Positions 30,001 to 45,000 of a DNA stretch of 64,000 nt are shown here, piece by piece. Under the pieces are notes generated by a model. It worked only from the letters and a program-made list of their open reading frames with translations, ran no database searches and was not told the origin of the DNA. The DNA is from Eledone cirrhosa (lineage: Eukaryota), in the NCBI GenBank assembly GCA_964016885.1, contig OZ024740.1:41292001-41356000 (forward strand). Direction: 5' to 3'. Within the stretch, counting starts at the first letter, position 1; each line of letters begins with the position of its first letter. A program made the position numbers and the translations under genes.

Positions 30001-33000
30001 TGTGTTATGTATTAAAATAAAGTGTACGTGAAGATAAATTTATTTTTATTTGTTTTATGTATTAAAATAAAGTGTACGTGAAGATAAATTTATTTTTATT
30101 TGTTTTATGTATTAAAATAAAGTGTACGTGAAGATAAATTTATTTTTAATTGTTTTATGTATTTAAATAAAGTGTACGTGAAGATAAACTTATTTTTATT
30201 TGTTTTATGTATTAAAATAAAGTGTACGTGAAGATAAATTTATTTTTATTTGTTTTATGTATTAAAATAAAGTGTACGTGAAGATAGATTTATTTTTATT
30301 TGTGTTATGTATTAAAATAAAGTGTACGTGAAGATAAATTTATTTTTATTTGTTTTATGTATTAAAATAAAGTGTACGTGAAGATAAATTTATTTTTATT
30401 TGTTTTATGTATTAAAATAAAGTGTACGTGAAGATACATTTATTTTTATTTGTTTTATGTATTAAAATAAAGTGTACGTGAAGATAAATTTATTTTTATT
30501 TGTCTTATGTATTAAAATAATGTGTACGTGAAGATAAATTTACTTTTATTTGTTTTATGTATTAAAATAAAGTGTACGTGAAGATAAATTTACTTTTATT
30601 TGTTTTATGTATTAAAATAAAGTGTACGTGAAGATAAATTTACTTTTATTTGTTTTATGTATTAAAATAAAGTGTACGTGAAGATAAATTTACTTTTATT
30701 TGTTTTATGTATTAAAATAAAGTGTACGTGAAGATAAATTTATTTTTATTTGTTTTATGTATTAAAATAAAGTGTACGTGAAGATAAATTTATTTTTATT
30801 TGTTTTATGTATTAAAATAAAGTGTACGTGAAGATAAATTTATTTTTATTTGTTTTATGTATTAAAATAAAGTGTACGTGAAGATAGATTTATTTTTATT
30901 TGTTTTATGTATTAAAATAAAGTGTACGTGAAGATAAATTTATTTTTATTTGTTTTATGTATTAAAATAAAGTGTACGTGAAGATAAATTTATTTTTATT
31001 TGTTTTATGTATTAAAATAAAGTGTTCGTGAAGATAAATTTATTTTTATTTGTTTTATATATTAAAATAAAGTGTACGTGAAGATAAATTTATTTTTATT
31101 TGTCTTATGTATTAAAATAATGTGTACGTGAAGATAAATTTACTTTTATTTGTTTTATGTATTAAAATAAAGTGTACGTGAAGATAAATTTATTTTTAAT
31201 TGTTTTATGTATTTAAATAAAGTGTACGTGAAGATAAACTTATTTTTATTTGTTTTATGTATTAAAATAAAGTGTACGTGAAGATAAATTTATTTTTATT
31301 TGTTTTATGTATTAAAATAAAGTGTACGTGAAGATAGATTTATTTTTATTTGTGTTATGTATTAAAATAAAGTGTACGTGAAGATAAATTTATTTTTATT
31401 TGTTTTATGTATTAAAATAAAGTGTACGTGAAGATAAATTTATTTTTATTTGTTTTATGTATTAAAATAAAGTGTACGTGAAGATACATTTATTTTTATT
31501 TGTTTTATGTATTAAAATAAAGTGTACGTGAAGATAAATTTATTTTTATTTGTCTTATGTATTAAAATAATGTGTACGTGAAGATAAATTTACTTTTATT
31601 TGTTTTATGTATTAAAATAAAGTGTACGTGAAGATAAATTTACTTTTATTTGTTTTATGTATTAAAATAAAGTGTACGTGAAGATAAATTTACTTTTATT
31701 TGTTTTATGTATTAAAATAAAGTGTACGTGAAGATAAATTTACTTTTATTTGTTTTATGTATTAAAATAAAGTGTACGTGAAGATAAATTTATTTTTATT
31801 TGTTTCATGTATTAAAATAAAGTGTACGTGAAGATAAATTTATTTTTATTTGTTTTATGTATTAAAATAAAGTGTACGTGAAGATAAATTTATTTTTATT
31901 TGTTTTATGTATTAAAATAAAGTGTACGTGAAGATAGATTTATTTTTATTTGTTTTATGTATTAAAATAAAGTGTACGTGAAGATAAATTTATTTTTATT
32001 TGTTTTATGTATTAAAATAAAGTGTACGTGAAGATAAATTTATTTTTATTTGTTTTATGTATTAAAATAAAGTGTACGTGAAGATAAATTTATTTTTAAT
32101 TGTTTTATGTATTTAAATAAAGTGTACGTGAAGATAAACTTATTTTTATTTGTTTTATGTATTAAAATAAAGTGTACGTGAAGATAAATTTATTTTTATT
32201 TGTTTTATGTATTAAAATAAAGTGTACGTGAAGATAGATTTATTTTTATTTGTGTTATGTATTAAAATAAAGTGTACGTGAAGATAAATTTATTTTTATT
32301 TGTTTTATGTATTAAAATAAAGTGTACGTGAAGATAAATTTATTTTTATTTGTTTTATGTATTAAAATAAAGTGTACGTGAAGATACATTTATTTTTATT
32401 TGTTTTATGTATTAAAATAAAGTGTACGTGAAGATAAATTTATTTTTATTTGTCTTATGTATTAAAATAATGTGTACGTGAAGATAAATTTACTTTTATT
32501 TGTTTTATGTATTAAAATAAAGTGTACGTGAAGATAAATTTACTTTTATTTGTTTTATGTATTAAAATAAAGTGTACGTGAAGATAAATTTACTTTTATT
32601 TGTTTTATGTATTAAAATAAAGTGTACGTGAAGATAAATTTACTTTTATTTGTTTTATGTATTAAAATAAAGTGTACGTGAAGATAAATTTATTTTTATT
32701 TGTTTCATGTATTAAAATAAAGTGTACGTGAAGATAAATTTATTTTTATTTGTTTTATGTATTAAAATAAAGTGTACGTGAAGATAAATTTATTTTTATT
32801 TGTTTTATGTATTAAAATAAAGTGTACGTGAAGATAGATTTATTTTTATTTGTTTTATGTATTAAAATAAAGTGTACGTGAAGATAAATTTATTTTTATT
32901 TGTTTTATGTATTAAAATAAAGTGTACGTGAAGATAAATTTATTTTTATTTGTTTTATGTATTAAAATAAAGTGTTCGTGAAGATAAATTTATTTTTATT

Positions 33001-36000
33001 TGTTTTATATATTAAAATAAAGTGTACGTGAAGATAAATTTATTTTTATTTGTCTTATGTATTAAAATAATGTGTACGTGAAGATAAATTTACTTTTATT
33101 TGTTTTATGTATTAAAATAAAGTGTACGTGAAGATAAATTTATTTTTAATTGTTTTATGTATTTAAATAAAGTGTACGTGAAGATAAACTTATTTTTATT
33201 TGTTTTATGTATTAAAATAAAGTGTACGTGAAGATAAATTTATTTTTATTTGTTTTATGTATTAAAATAAAGTGTACGTGAAGATAGATTTATTTTTATT
33301 TGTGTTATGTATTAAAATAAAGTGTACGTGAAGATAAATTTATTTTTATTTGTTTTATGTATTAAAATAAAGTGTACGTGAAGATAAATTTATTTTTATT
33401 TGTTTTATGTATTAAAATAAAGTGTACGTGAAGATACATTTATTTTTATTTGTTTTATGTATTAAAATAAAGTGTACGTGAAGATAAATTTATTTTTATT
33501 TGTCTTATGTATTAAAATAATGTGTACGTGAAGATAAATTTACTTTTATTTGTTTTATGTATTAAAATAAAGTGTACGTGAAGATAAATTTACTTTTATT
33601 TGTTTTATGTATTAAAATAAAGTGTACGTGAAGATAAATTTACTTTTATTTGTTTTATGTATTAAAATAAAGTGTACGTGAAGATAAATTTACTTTTATT
33701 TGTTTTATGTATTAAAATAAAGTGTACGTGAAGATAAATTTATTTTTATTTGTTTCATGTATTAAAATAAAGTGTACGTGAAGATAAATTTATTTTTATT
33801 TGTTTTATGTATTAAAATAAAGTGTACGTGAAGATAAATTTATTTTTATTTGTTTTATGTATTAAAATAAAGTGTACGTGAAGATAGATTTATTTTTATT
33901 TGTTTTATGTATTAAAATAAAGTGTACGTGAAGATAAATTTATTTTTATTTGTTTTATGTATTAAAATAAAGTGTACGTGAAGATAAATTTATTTTTATT
34001 TGTTTTATGTATTAAAATAAAGTGTTCGTGAAGATAAATTTATTTTTATTTGTTTTATATATTAAAATAAAGTGTACGTGAAGATAAATTTATTTTTATT
34101 TGTCTTATGTATTAAAATAATGTGTACGTGAAGATAAATTTACTTTTATTTGTTTTATGTATTAAAATAAAGTGTACGTGAAGATAAATTTACTTTTATT
34201 TGTTTTATGTATTAAAATAAAGTGTACGTGAAGATAAATTTACTTTTATTTGTTTTATGTATTAAAATAAAGTGTACGTGAAGATAAATTTACTTTTATT
34301 TGTTTTATGTATTAAAATAAAGTGTACGTGAAGATAAATTTATTTTTATTTGTTTTATGTATTAAAATAAAGTGTACGTGAAGATAAATTTATTTTTATT
34401 TGTTTTATGTATTAAAATAAAGTGTACGTGAAGATAAATTTATTTTTATTTGTTTTATGTATTAAAATAAAGTGTACGTGAAGATAAATTTATTTTTATT
34501 TGTTTTATGTATTAAAATAAAGTGTACGTGAAGATAAATTTATTTTTATTTGTTTTATATATTAAAATAAAGTGTACGTGAAGATAAATTTATTTTTATT
34601 TGTTTATGTATTAAAATAAAGTGTACGTGAAGATAAATTTATTTCTATTTGTTTTTTGTATTAAAATAAAGTGTACGTGAAGATAAATTTATTTTTATTT
34701 GTTTTATGTATTAAAATAAAGTGTACGTGAAGATAAATTTATTTTTATTTGTTTTATGTATTAAAATAAAGTGTACGTGAAGATAAATTTATTTTTATTT
34801 GTTTTATGTATTAAAATAAAGTGTACGTGAAGATAAATTTATTTTTATTTGTTTTATGTATTAAAATAAAGTGTACGTGAAGATAAATTTATTTTTAATT
34901 GTTTTATGTATTAAAATAAAGTGTACGTGAAGATAAATTTATTTTTATTTGTTTTATGTATTAAAATAAAGTGTACGTGAAGATAAATTTATTTTTATTT
35001 GTTTTATGTATTAAAATAAAGTGTACGTGAAGATAAATTTATTTTTATTTGTTTTATATATTAAAATAAAGTGTACGTGAAGATAAATTTATTTTTATTT
35101 GTTTATGTATTAAAATAAAGTGTCCGTGAAGATAAATTTATTTCTATTTGTTTTTTGTATTAAAATAAAGTGTACGTGAAGATAAATTTATTTTTATTTG
35201 TTTTATGTATTAAAATAAAGTGTACGTGAAGATAAATTTATTTTTATTTGTTTTATGTATTAAAATAAAGTGTACGTGAAGATAGATTTATTTTTATTTG
35301 TGTTATGTATTAAAATAAAGTGTACGTGAAGATAAATTTATTTTTATTTGTTTTATGTATTAAAATAAAGTGTACGTGAAGATAAATTTATTCTTATTTG
35401 TTTTATGTATTAAAATAAAGTGTACGTGAAGATAAATTTATTTTTAATTGTTTTATGTATTTAAATAAAGTGTACGTGAAGATAAACTTATTTTTATTTG
35501 TTTTATGTATTAAAATAAAGTGTACGTGAAGATAAATTTATTTTTATTTGTTTTATGTATTAAAATAAAGTGTACGTTAAGATAGATTTATTTTTATTTG
35601 TGTTATGTATTAAAATAAAGTGTACGTGAAGATAAATTTATTTTTATTTGTTTTATGTATTAAAATAAAGTGTACGTGAAGATAAATTTATTTTTATTTG
35701 TTTTATGTATTAAAATAAAGTGTACGTGAAGATACATTTATTTTTATTTGTTTTATGTATTAAAATAAAGTGTACGTGAAGATAAATTTATTTTTATTTG
35801 TCTTATGTATTAAAATAATGTGTACGTGAAGATAAATTTACTTTTATTTGTTTTATGTATTAAAATAAAGTGTACGTGAAGATAAATTTACTTTTATTTG
35901 TTTTATGTATTAAAATAAAGTGTACGTGAAGATAAATTTACTTTTATTTGTTTTATGTATTAAAATAAAGTGTACGTGAAGATAAATTTACTTTTATTTG

Positions 36001-39000
36001 TTTTATGTATTAAAATAAAGTGTACGTGAAGATAAATTTATTTTTATTTGTTTCATGTATTAAAATAAAGTGTACGTGAAGATAAATTTATTTTTATTTG
36101 TTTTATGTATTAAAATAAAGTGTACGTGAAGATAAATTTATTTTTATTTGTTTTATGTATTAAAATAAAGTGTACGTGAAGATAGATTTATTTTTATTTG
36201 TTTTATGTATTAAAATAAAGTGTACGTGAAGATAAATTTATTTTTATTTGTTTTATGTATTAAAATAAAGTGTACGTGAAGATAAATTTATTTTTATTTG
36301 TTTTATGTATTAAAATAAAGTGTTCGTGAAGATAAATTTATTTTTATTTGTTTTATATATTAAAATAAAGTGTACGTGAAGATAAATTTATTTTTATTTG
36401 TCTTATGTATTAAAATAATGTGTACGTGAAGATAAATTTACTTTTATTTGTTTTATGTATTAAAATAAAGTGTACGTGAAGATAAATTTACTTTTATTTG
36501 TTTTATGTATTAAAATAAAGTGTACGTGAAGATAAATTTACTTTTATTTGTTTTATGTATTAAAATAAAGTGTACGTGAAGATAAATTTACTTTTATTTG
36601 TTTTATGTATTAAAATAAAGTGTACGTGAAGATAAATTTATTTTTATTTGTTTTATGTATTAAAATAAAGTGTACGTGAAGATAAATTTATTTTTATTTG
36701 TTTTATGTATTAAAATAAAGTGTACGTGAAGATAAATTTATTTTTATTTGTTTTATGTATTAAAATAAAGTGTACGTGAAGATAAATTTATTTTTATTTG
36801 TTTTATGTATTAAAATAAAGTGTACGTGAAGATAAATTTATTTTTATTTGTTTTATATATTAAAATAAAGTGTACGTGAAGATAAATTTATTTTTATTTG
36901 TTTATGTATTAAAATAAAGTGTACGTGAAGATAAATTTATTTCTATTTGTTTTTTGTATTAAAATAAAGTGTACGTGAAGATAAATTTATTTTTATTTGT
37001 TTTATGTATTAAAATAAAGTGTACGTGAAGATAAATTTATTTTTATTTGTTTTATGTATTAAAATAAAGTGTACATGAAGATAAATTATTTGTTTTATGT
37101 ATTAAAATAAAGTGTACGTGAAGATAAATTTATTTTTATTTGTTTTATGTATTAAAATAAAGTGTACGTGAAGATAAATTTATTTTTATTTGTTTTATGT
37201 ATCAAAATAAAGTGTACGTGAAGATAAATTTATTTTTATTTGTTTTATGTATTAAAATAAAGTGTACGTGAAGATAAATTTATTTTTATTTGTTTTATGT
37301 ATTAAAATAAAGTGTACGTGAAGATAAATTTATTTTTATTTGTTTTATGTATTAAAATAAAGTGTACGTGAAGATAAATTTATTTTTATTTGTTTTATGT
37401 ATGAAAATAAAGTGTACGTGAAGATAAATTTATTTTTATTTGTTTTATGTATTAAAATAATGTGTACGTGAAGATAAATTTACTTTTATTTTTTTTATGT
37501 ATTAAAATAAAGTGTACGTGAAGATAAATTTATTTTTATTTGTTTTATGTATCTAAATAAAGTGTACGTGAAGATAAATTTATTTTTATTTGTTTTATGT
37601 ATTAAAATAAAGTGTACGTGAAGATAAATTTATTTTTATTTGTTTTATGTATTAAAATAAAGTGTACGTGAAGATAAATTTATTTTTATTTGTTTTATGT
37701 ATTAAAATAAAGTGTACGTGAAGATAAATTTATTTTTATTTGTTTTATTTATTAAAATAAAGTGTACGTGAAGATAAATTTATTTTTATTTGTTTTATGT
37801 ATTAAAATAAAGTGTACGTGAAGATAAATTTATTTTTATTTGTTTTATGTATTAAAATAAAGTGTACGTGAAAATAAATTTATTTTTATTTGTTTTATGT
37901 ATTAAAATAAAGTGTACGTGAAGATAAATTTATTTTTATTTGTTTTATGTATTAAAATAAAGTGTACGTGAAGATAAATTTATTTTTATTTGTTTTATGT
38001 ATTAAAATAAAGTGTACGTGGAGATAGATTTATTTTTATTTGTGTTATGTATTAAAATAAAGTGTACGTGAAGATAAATTTATTTTTATTTGTTTTATGT
38101 ATTAAAATAAAGTGTACGTGAAGATAAATTTATTTTTATTTGTTTTATGTATTAAAATAAAGTGTACGTGAAGATACATTTATTTTTATTTGTTTTATGT
38201 ATTAAAATAAAGTGTACGTGAAGATAAATTTATTTTTATTTGTCTTATGTATTAAAATAATGTGTACGTGAAGATAAATTTACTTTTATTTGTTTTATAT
38301 ATTAAAATAAAGTGTACGTGAAGATAAATTTATTTTTATTTGTTTTATGTATTAAAATAAAGTGTACGTGAAGATAAATTTATTTTTAATTGTTTTATGT
38401 ATTTAAATAAAGTGTACGTGAAGATAAATTTATTTTTATTTGTTTTATGTATTAAAATAAAGTGTACGTGAAGATAAATTTATTTTTATTTGTTTTATGT
38501 AATAAAATAAAGTGTACGTGAAGATAGATTTACTTTTATTTGTTTTATGTATTAAAATAAAGTGTACGTGAAGATAAATTTACTTTTATTTGTTTTATGT
38601 ATTAAAATAAAGTGTACGTGAAGATAAATTTATTTTTATTTGTTTTATGTATTAAAATAAAGTGTACGTGAAGATAAATTTACTTTTATTTGTTTTATGT
38701 ATTAAAATAAAGTGTACGTGAAGATAAATTTATTTTTATTTGTTTTATTTATTAAAATAAAGTGTACGTGAAGATAAATTTATTTTTATTTGTTTTATGT
38801 ATTAAAATAAAGTGTACGTGAAGATAAATTTATTTTTATTTGTTTTATGTATTAAAATAAAGTGTACGTGAAGATACATTTATTTTTATTTGTTTTATGT
38901 ATTAAAATAAAGTGTACGTGAAGATAAATTTTTTTTTATTTGTTTTATGTATTTAAATAAAGTGTACGTGAAGATAAATTTATTTTTATTTGTTTTATTT

Positions 39001-42000
39001 ATTAAAATAAAGTGTACGTGAAGATAAATTTATTTTTATTTGTTTTATGTATTAAAATAAAGTGTACGTGAAGATAAATTTATTTTTATTTGTTTTATGT
39101 ATTAAAATAAAGTGTACGTAAAGATAAATTTACTTTTATTTGTTTTATGTATTAAAATAAAGTGTACGTGAAGATAAATTTACTTTTATTTGTTTTATGT
39201 ATTAAAATAAAGTGTACGTGAATATAAATTTACTTTTATTTGTTTTATGTATTAAAATAATGTGTACGTGAAGATTAATTTATTTTTATTTGTTTTATGT
39301 ATTAAAATAAAGTGTACGTGAAGATAAATTTACTTTTATTTGTTTTATGTATTAAAATAAAGTGTACGTGAAGATAAATTTATTTTTATTTGTTTTATGT
39401 ATCTAAATAAAGTGTACGTGAAGATAAATTTATTTTTATTTGTTTTATGTATTAAAATAAAGTGTACGTGAAGATAAATTTATTTTTATTTGTTTTATGT
39501 ATTAAAATAAAGTGTACGTGAAGATAAATTTATTTTTATTTGTTTTATGTATAAAAATAAAGTGTACGTGAAGATAAATTTATTTATATTTGTTTTATGT
39601 ATTAAAATAAAGTGTACGTGAAGATAAATTTATTTTTATTTGTTTTATGTATTAAAATAAAGTGTACGTGAAGATAAATTTATTTTTATTTGTTTTAAGT
39701 ATTAAAATAAAGTGTACGTGAAGATAAATTTATTCTTATTTGTTTTATGTATTAAAATAAAGTGTACGTGAAGATAAATTTATTTTTATTTGTTTTATGT
39801 ATAAAAATAAAGTGTACGTGAAGATAAATTTATTTTTATTTGTTTTATGTATTAAAATAAAGTGTACGTGAAGATAAATTTATTTTTATTTGTTTTATGT
39901 ATTAAAATAAAGTGTACGTGGAGATAGATTTATTTTTATTTGTGTTATGTATTAAAATAAAGTGTACGTGAAGATAAATTTATTTTTATTTGTTTTATGT
40001 ATAAAAATAAAGTGTACGTGAAGATAAATTTATTTTTATTTGTTTTATGTATTAAAATAAAGTGTACGTGAAGATAAATTTATTTTTATTTGTTTTATGT
40101 ATTAAAATAAAGTGTACGTGAAGATAAATTTATTTTTATTTGTTTTATGTATTAAAATAAAGTGTACGTGAAGATAAATTTATATTTATTTGTTTTATGT
40201 ATTAAAATAAAGTGTACGTGAAGATAAATTTATTTTTATTTGTTTTATGTATAAAAATAAAGTGTACGTGAAGATAAATTTATTTTTATTTGTTTTATGT
40301 ATTAAAATAAAGTGTACGTGAAGATAAATTTATTTTTATTTGTTTTATGTATTAAAATAAAGTGTACGTGAAGATAAATTTATTTTTATTTGTTTTATGT
40401 ATTAAAATAAAGTGTTCGTGAAGATAAATTTATTTTTATTTGTTTTATGTATAAAAATAAAGTATACGTGAAGATAAATTTATTTTTATTTGTTTTATGT
40501 ATTAAAATAAAGTGTACGTGAAGATAAATTTATTTTTATTTGTTTTATGTATTAAAATAAAGTGTACGTGAAGATAAATTTACTTTTATTTGTTTTATGT
40601 ATTAAAATAAAGTGTACGTGAAGATAAATTTATTTTTATTTGTTTTATTTATTAAAATAAAGTGTACGTGAAGATAAATTTATTTTTATTTGTTTTATGT
40701 ATTAAAATAAAGTGTACGTGAAGATAAATTTATTTTTATTTGTTTTATGTTTTAAAATAAAGTGTACGTGAAGATACATTTATTTTTATTTGTTTTATGT
40801 ATTAAAATAAAGTGTACGTGAAGATAAATTTATTTTTATTTGTTTTATGTATTTAAATAAAGTGTAGGTGAAGATAAATTTATTTTTATTTGTTTTATTT
40901 ATTAAAATAAAGTGTACGTGAAGATAAATTTATTTTTATTTGTTTTATGTATTAAAATAAAGTGTACGTGAAGATAAATTTATTTTTATTTGTTTTATGT
41001 ATTAAAATAAAGTGTACGTGAAGATAAATTTATTTTTATTTGTTTTATGTATTAAAATAAAGTGTACGTGAAGATAAATTTATTTTTATTTGTTTTATGT
41101 ATTAAAATAAAGTGTACGTGAAGATAAATTTATTTTTATTTGTTTTATGTATTAAAATAAAGTGTACGTGGAGATAGATTTATTTTTATTTGTGTTATGT
41201 ATTAAAATAAAGTGTACGTGAAGATAAATTTATTTTTATTTGTTTTATGTATTAAAATAAAGTGTACGTGAAGATAAATTTATTTTTATTTGTTTTATGT
41301 ATTAAAATAAAGTGTACGTGAAGATACATTTATTTTTATGTTTTATGTATTAAAATAAAGTGTACGTGAAGATAAATTTATTTTTATTTGTCTTATGTAT
41401 TAAAATAATGTGTACGTGAAGATAAATTTACTTTTATTTGTTTTATGTATTAAAATAAAGTGTACGTAAAGATAAATTTACTTTTATTTGTTTTATGTAT
41501 TAAAATAAAGTGTACGTGAAGATAAATTTACTTTTATTTGTTTTATGTATTAAAATAAAGTGTACGTGAATATAAATTTACTTTTATTTGTTTTATGTAT
41601 TAAAATAATGTGTACGTGAAGATAAATTTATTTTTATTTGTTTTATGTATTAAAATAAAGTGTACGTGAAGATAAATTTACTTTTATTTGTTTTATGTAT
41701 TAAAATAAAGTGTACGTGAAGATAAATTTATTTTTATTTGTTTTATGTATCTAAATAAAGTGTACGTGAAGATAAATTTATTTTATTTGTTTTATGTATT
41801 AAAATAAAGTGTACGTGAAGATAAATTTATTTTTATTTGTTTTATGTATTAAAATAAAGTGTACGTGAAGATAAATTTATTTTTATTTGTTTTATGTATT
41901 AAAATAAAGTGTACGTGAAGATAAATTTATTTTTATTTGTTTTATGTATTAAAATAAAGTGTACGTGAAGATAAATTTATTTTTATTTGTTTTATGTATT

Positions 42001-45000
42001 AAAATAAAGTGTACGTGAAGATACATTTATTTTTATTTGTTTTATGTATTAAAATAAAGTGTACGTGAAGATAAATTTATTTTTATTTGTTTTATGTATT
42101 AAAATAAAGTGTACGTGAAGATACATTTATTTTTATTTGTTTTATGTATTAAAATAAAGTGTACGTGAAGATAAATTTATTTTTATTTGTCTTATGTATT
42201 AAAATAATGTGTACGTGAAGATAAATTTACTTTTATTTGTTTTATGTATTAAAATAAAGTGTACGTAAAGATAAATTTACTTTTATTTGTTTTATGTATT
42301 AAAATAAAGTGTACGTGAAGATAAATTTACTTTTATTTGTTTTATGTATTAAAATAAAGTGTACGTGAAGATAAATTTACTTTTATTTGTTTTATGTATT
42401 AAAATAAAGTGTACGTGAAGATAAATTTATTTTTATTTGTTTTATGTATTAAAATAAAGTGTACGTGAAGATAAATTTACTTTTATTTGTTTTATGTATT
42501 AAAATAAAGTGTACGTGAAGATAAATTTATTTTTATTTGTTTTATGTATCTAAATAAAGTGTACGTGAAGATAAATTTATTTTTATTTGTTTTATGTATT
42601 AAAATAAAGTGTACGTGAAGATAAATTTATTTTTATTTGTTTTATGTATTAAAATAAAGTGTACGTGAAGATAAATTTATTTTTATTTGTTTTATGTATT
42701 AAAATAAAGTGTACGTGAAGATAAATTTATTTTTATTTGTTTTATGTATAAAAATAAAGTGTACGTGAAGATAAATTTATTTTTATTTGTTTTATGTATT
42801 AAAATAAAGTGTACGTGAAGATAAATTTATTTTTATTTGTTTTATATATTAAAATAAAGTGTACGTGAAGATAAATTTATTTTTATTTGTTTTATGTATT
42901 AAAATAAAGTGTACGTGAAGATAAATTTATTTTTAATTGTTTTATGTATTTAAATAAAGTGTACGTGAAGATAAATTTATTTTTATTTGTTTTATGTATT
43001 AAAATAAAGTGTACGTGAAGATAAATTTATTTTTATTTGTTTTATATATTAAAATAAAGTGTACGTGAAGATAAATTTATTTTTATTTGTTTTATGTATT
43101 AAAATAAAGTGTACGTGAAGATAAATTTATTTTTAATTGTTTTATGTATTTAAATAAAGTGTACGTGAAGATAAATTTATTTTTACTTGTTTTATGTATT
43201 AAAATAAAGTGTACGTGAAGATAAATTTATTTTTATTTGTTTTATGTATTTAAATAAAGTGTACGTGAAGATAAATTTATTTTTATTTGTTTTATGTATT
43301 AAAATAAAGTGTACGTGAAGATAAATTTATTTTTATTTGTTTTATGTATTAAAATAAAGTGTACGTGAAGATAAATTTACTTTTATTTGTTTTATGTATT
43401 AAAATAAAGTGTACGTGAAGATAAATTTATTTTTATTTGTTTTATGTATCTAAATAAAGTGTACGTGAAGATAAATTTATTTTTATTTGTTTTATGTATT
43501 AAAATAAAGTGTACGTGAAGATAAATTTATTTTTATTTGTTTTATGTATTAAAATAAAGTGTACGTGAAGATAAATTTATTTTTATTTGTTTTATGTATT
43601 AAAATAAAGTGTACGTGAAGATAAATTTATTTTTATTTGTTTTATGTATTAAAATAAAGTGTACGTGAAGATAAATTTATTTTTATTTGTTTTATGTATA
43701 AAAATAAAGTGTACGTGAAGATAAATTTATTTTTATTTGTTTTATGTATTAAAATAAAGTGTACGTGAAGATAAATTTATTTTTATTTGTTTTATATATT
43801 AAAATAAAGTGTACGTGAAGATAAATTTATTTTTATTTGTTTTATGTATTAAAATAAAGTGTACGTGAAGATAAATTTATTTTTAATTGTTTTATGTATT
43901 TAAATAAAGTGTACGTGAAGATAAATTTATTTTTATTTGTTTTATGTATTAAAATAAAGTGTACGTGAAGATAAATTTATTTTTATTTGTTTTATGTATT
44001 AAAATAAAGTGTACGTGAAGATAGATTTATTTTTATTTGTGTTATGTATTAAAATAAAGTGTACGTGAAGATAAATTTATTTTTATTTGTTTTATGTATT
44101 AAAATAAAGTGTACGTGAAGATAAATTTATTTTTATTTGTTTTATGTATTAAAATAAAGTGTACGTGAAGATACATTTATTTCTATTTGTTTTATGTATT
44201 AAAATAAAGTGTACGTGAAGATAAATTTATTTTTATTTGTCTTATGTATTAAAATAATGTGTACGTGAAGATAAATTTACTTTTATTTGTTTTATGTATT
44301 AAAATAAAGTGTACGTGAAGATAAATTTACTTTTATTTGTTTTATGTATTAAAATAAAGTGTACGTGAAGATAAATTTACTTTTATTTGTTTTATGTATT
44401 AAAATAAAGTGTACGTGAAGATAAATTTACTTTTATTTGTTTTATGTATTAAAATAAAGTGTACGTGAAGATAAATTTATTTTTATTTGTTTTGATGTAT
44501 TAAAATAAAGTGTACGTGAAGATAAATTTACTTTTATTTGTTTTATGTATTAAAATAAAGTGTACGTGAAGATAAATTTATTTTTATTTGTTTGATGTAT
44601 TAAAATAAAGGGTACGTGAAGATAAATTTATTTTTATTTGTTTTATGTATTAAAATAAAGTGTACGTGAAGATAAATTTATTTTTATTTGTTTTATGTAT
44701 TAAAATAAAGTGTACGTGAAGATACATTTATTTTAATTTGTTTTATGTATTAAAATAAAGTGTACGTGAAGATAAATTTATTTTTATTTGTTTTATGTAT
44801 TAAAATAAAGTGTACGTGAAGATACATTTATTTTTATTTGTTTTATGTATTAAAATAAAGTGTACGTGAAGATAAATTTATTTTTATTTGTCTTATGTAT
44901 TAAAATAATGTGTACGTGAAGATAAATTTACTTTTATTTGTTTTATGTATTAAAATAAAGTGTACGTAAAGATAAATTTACTTTTATTTGTTTTATGTAT

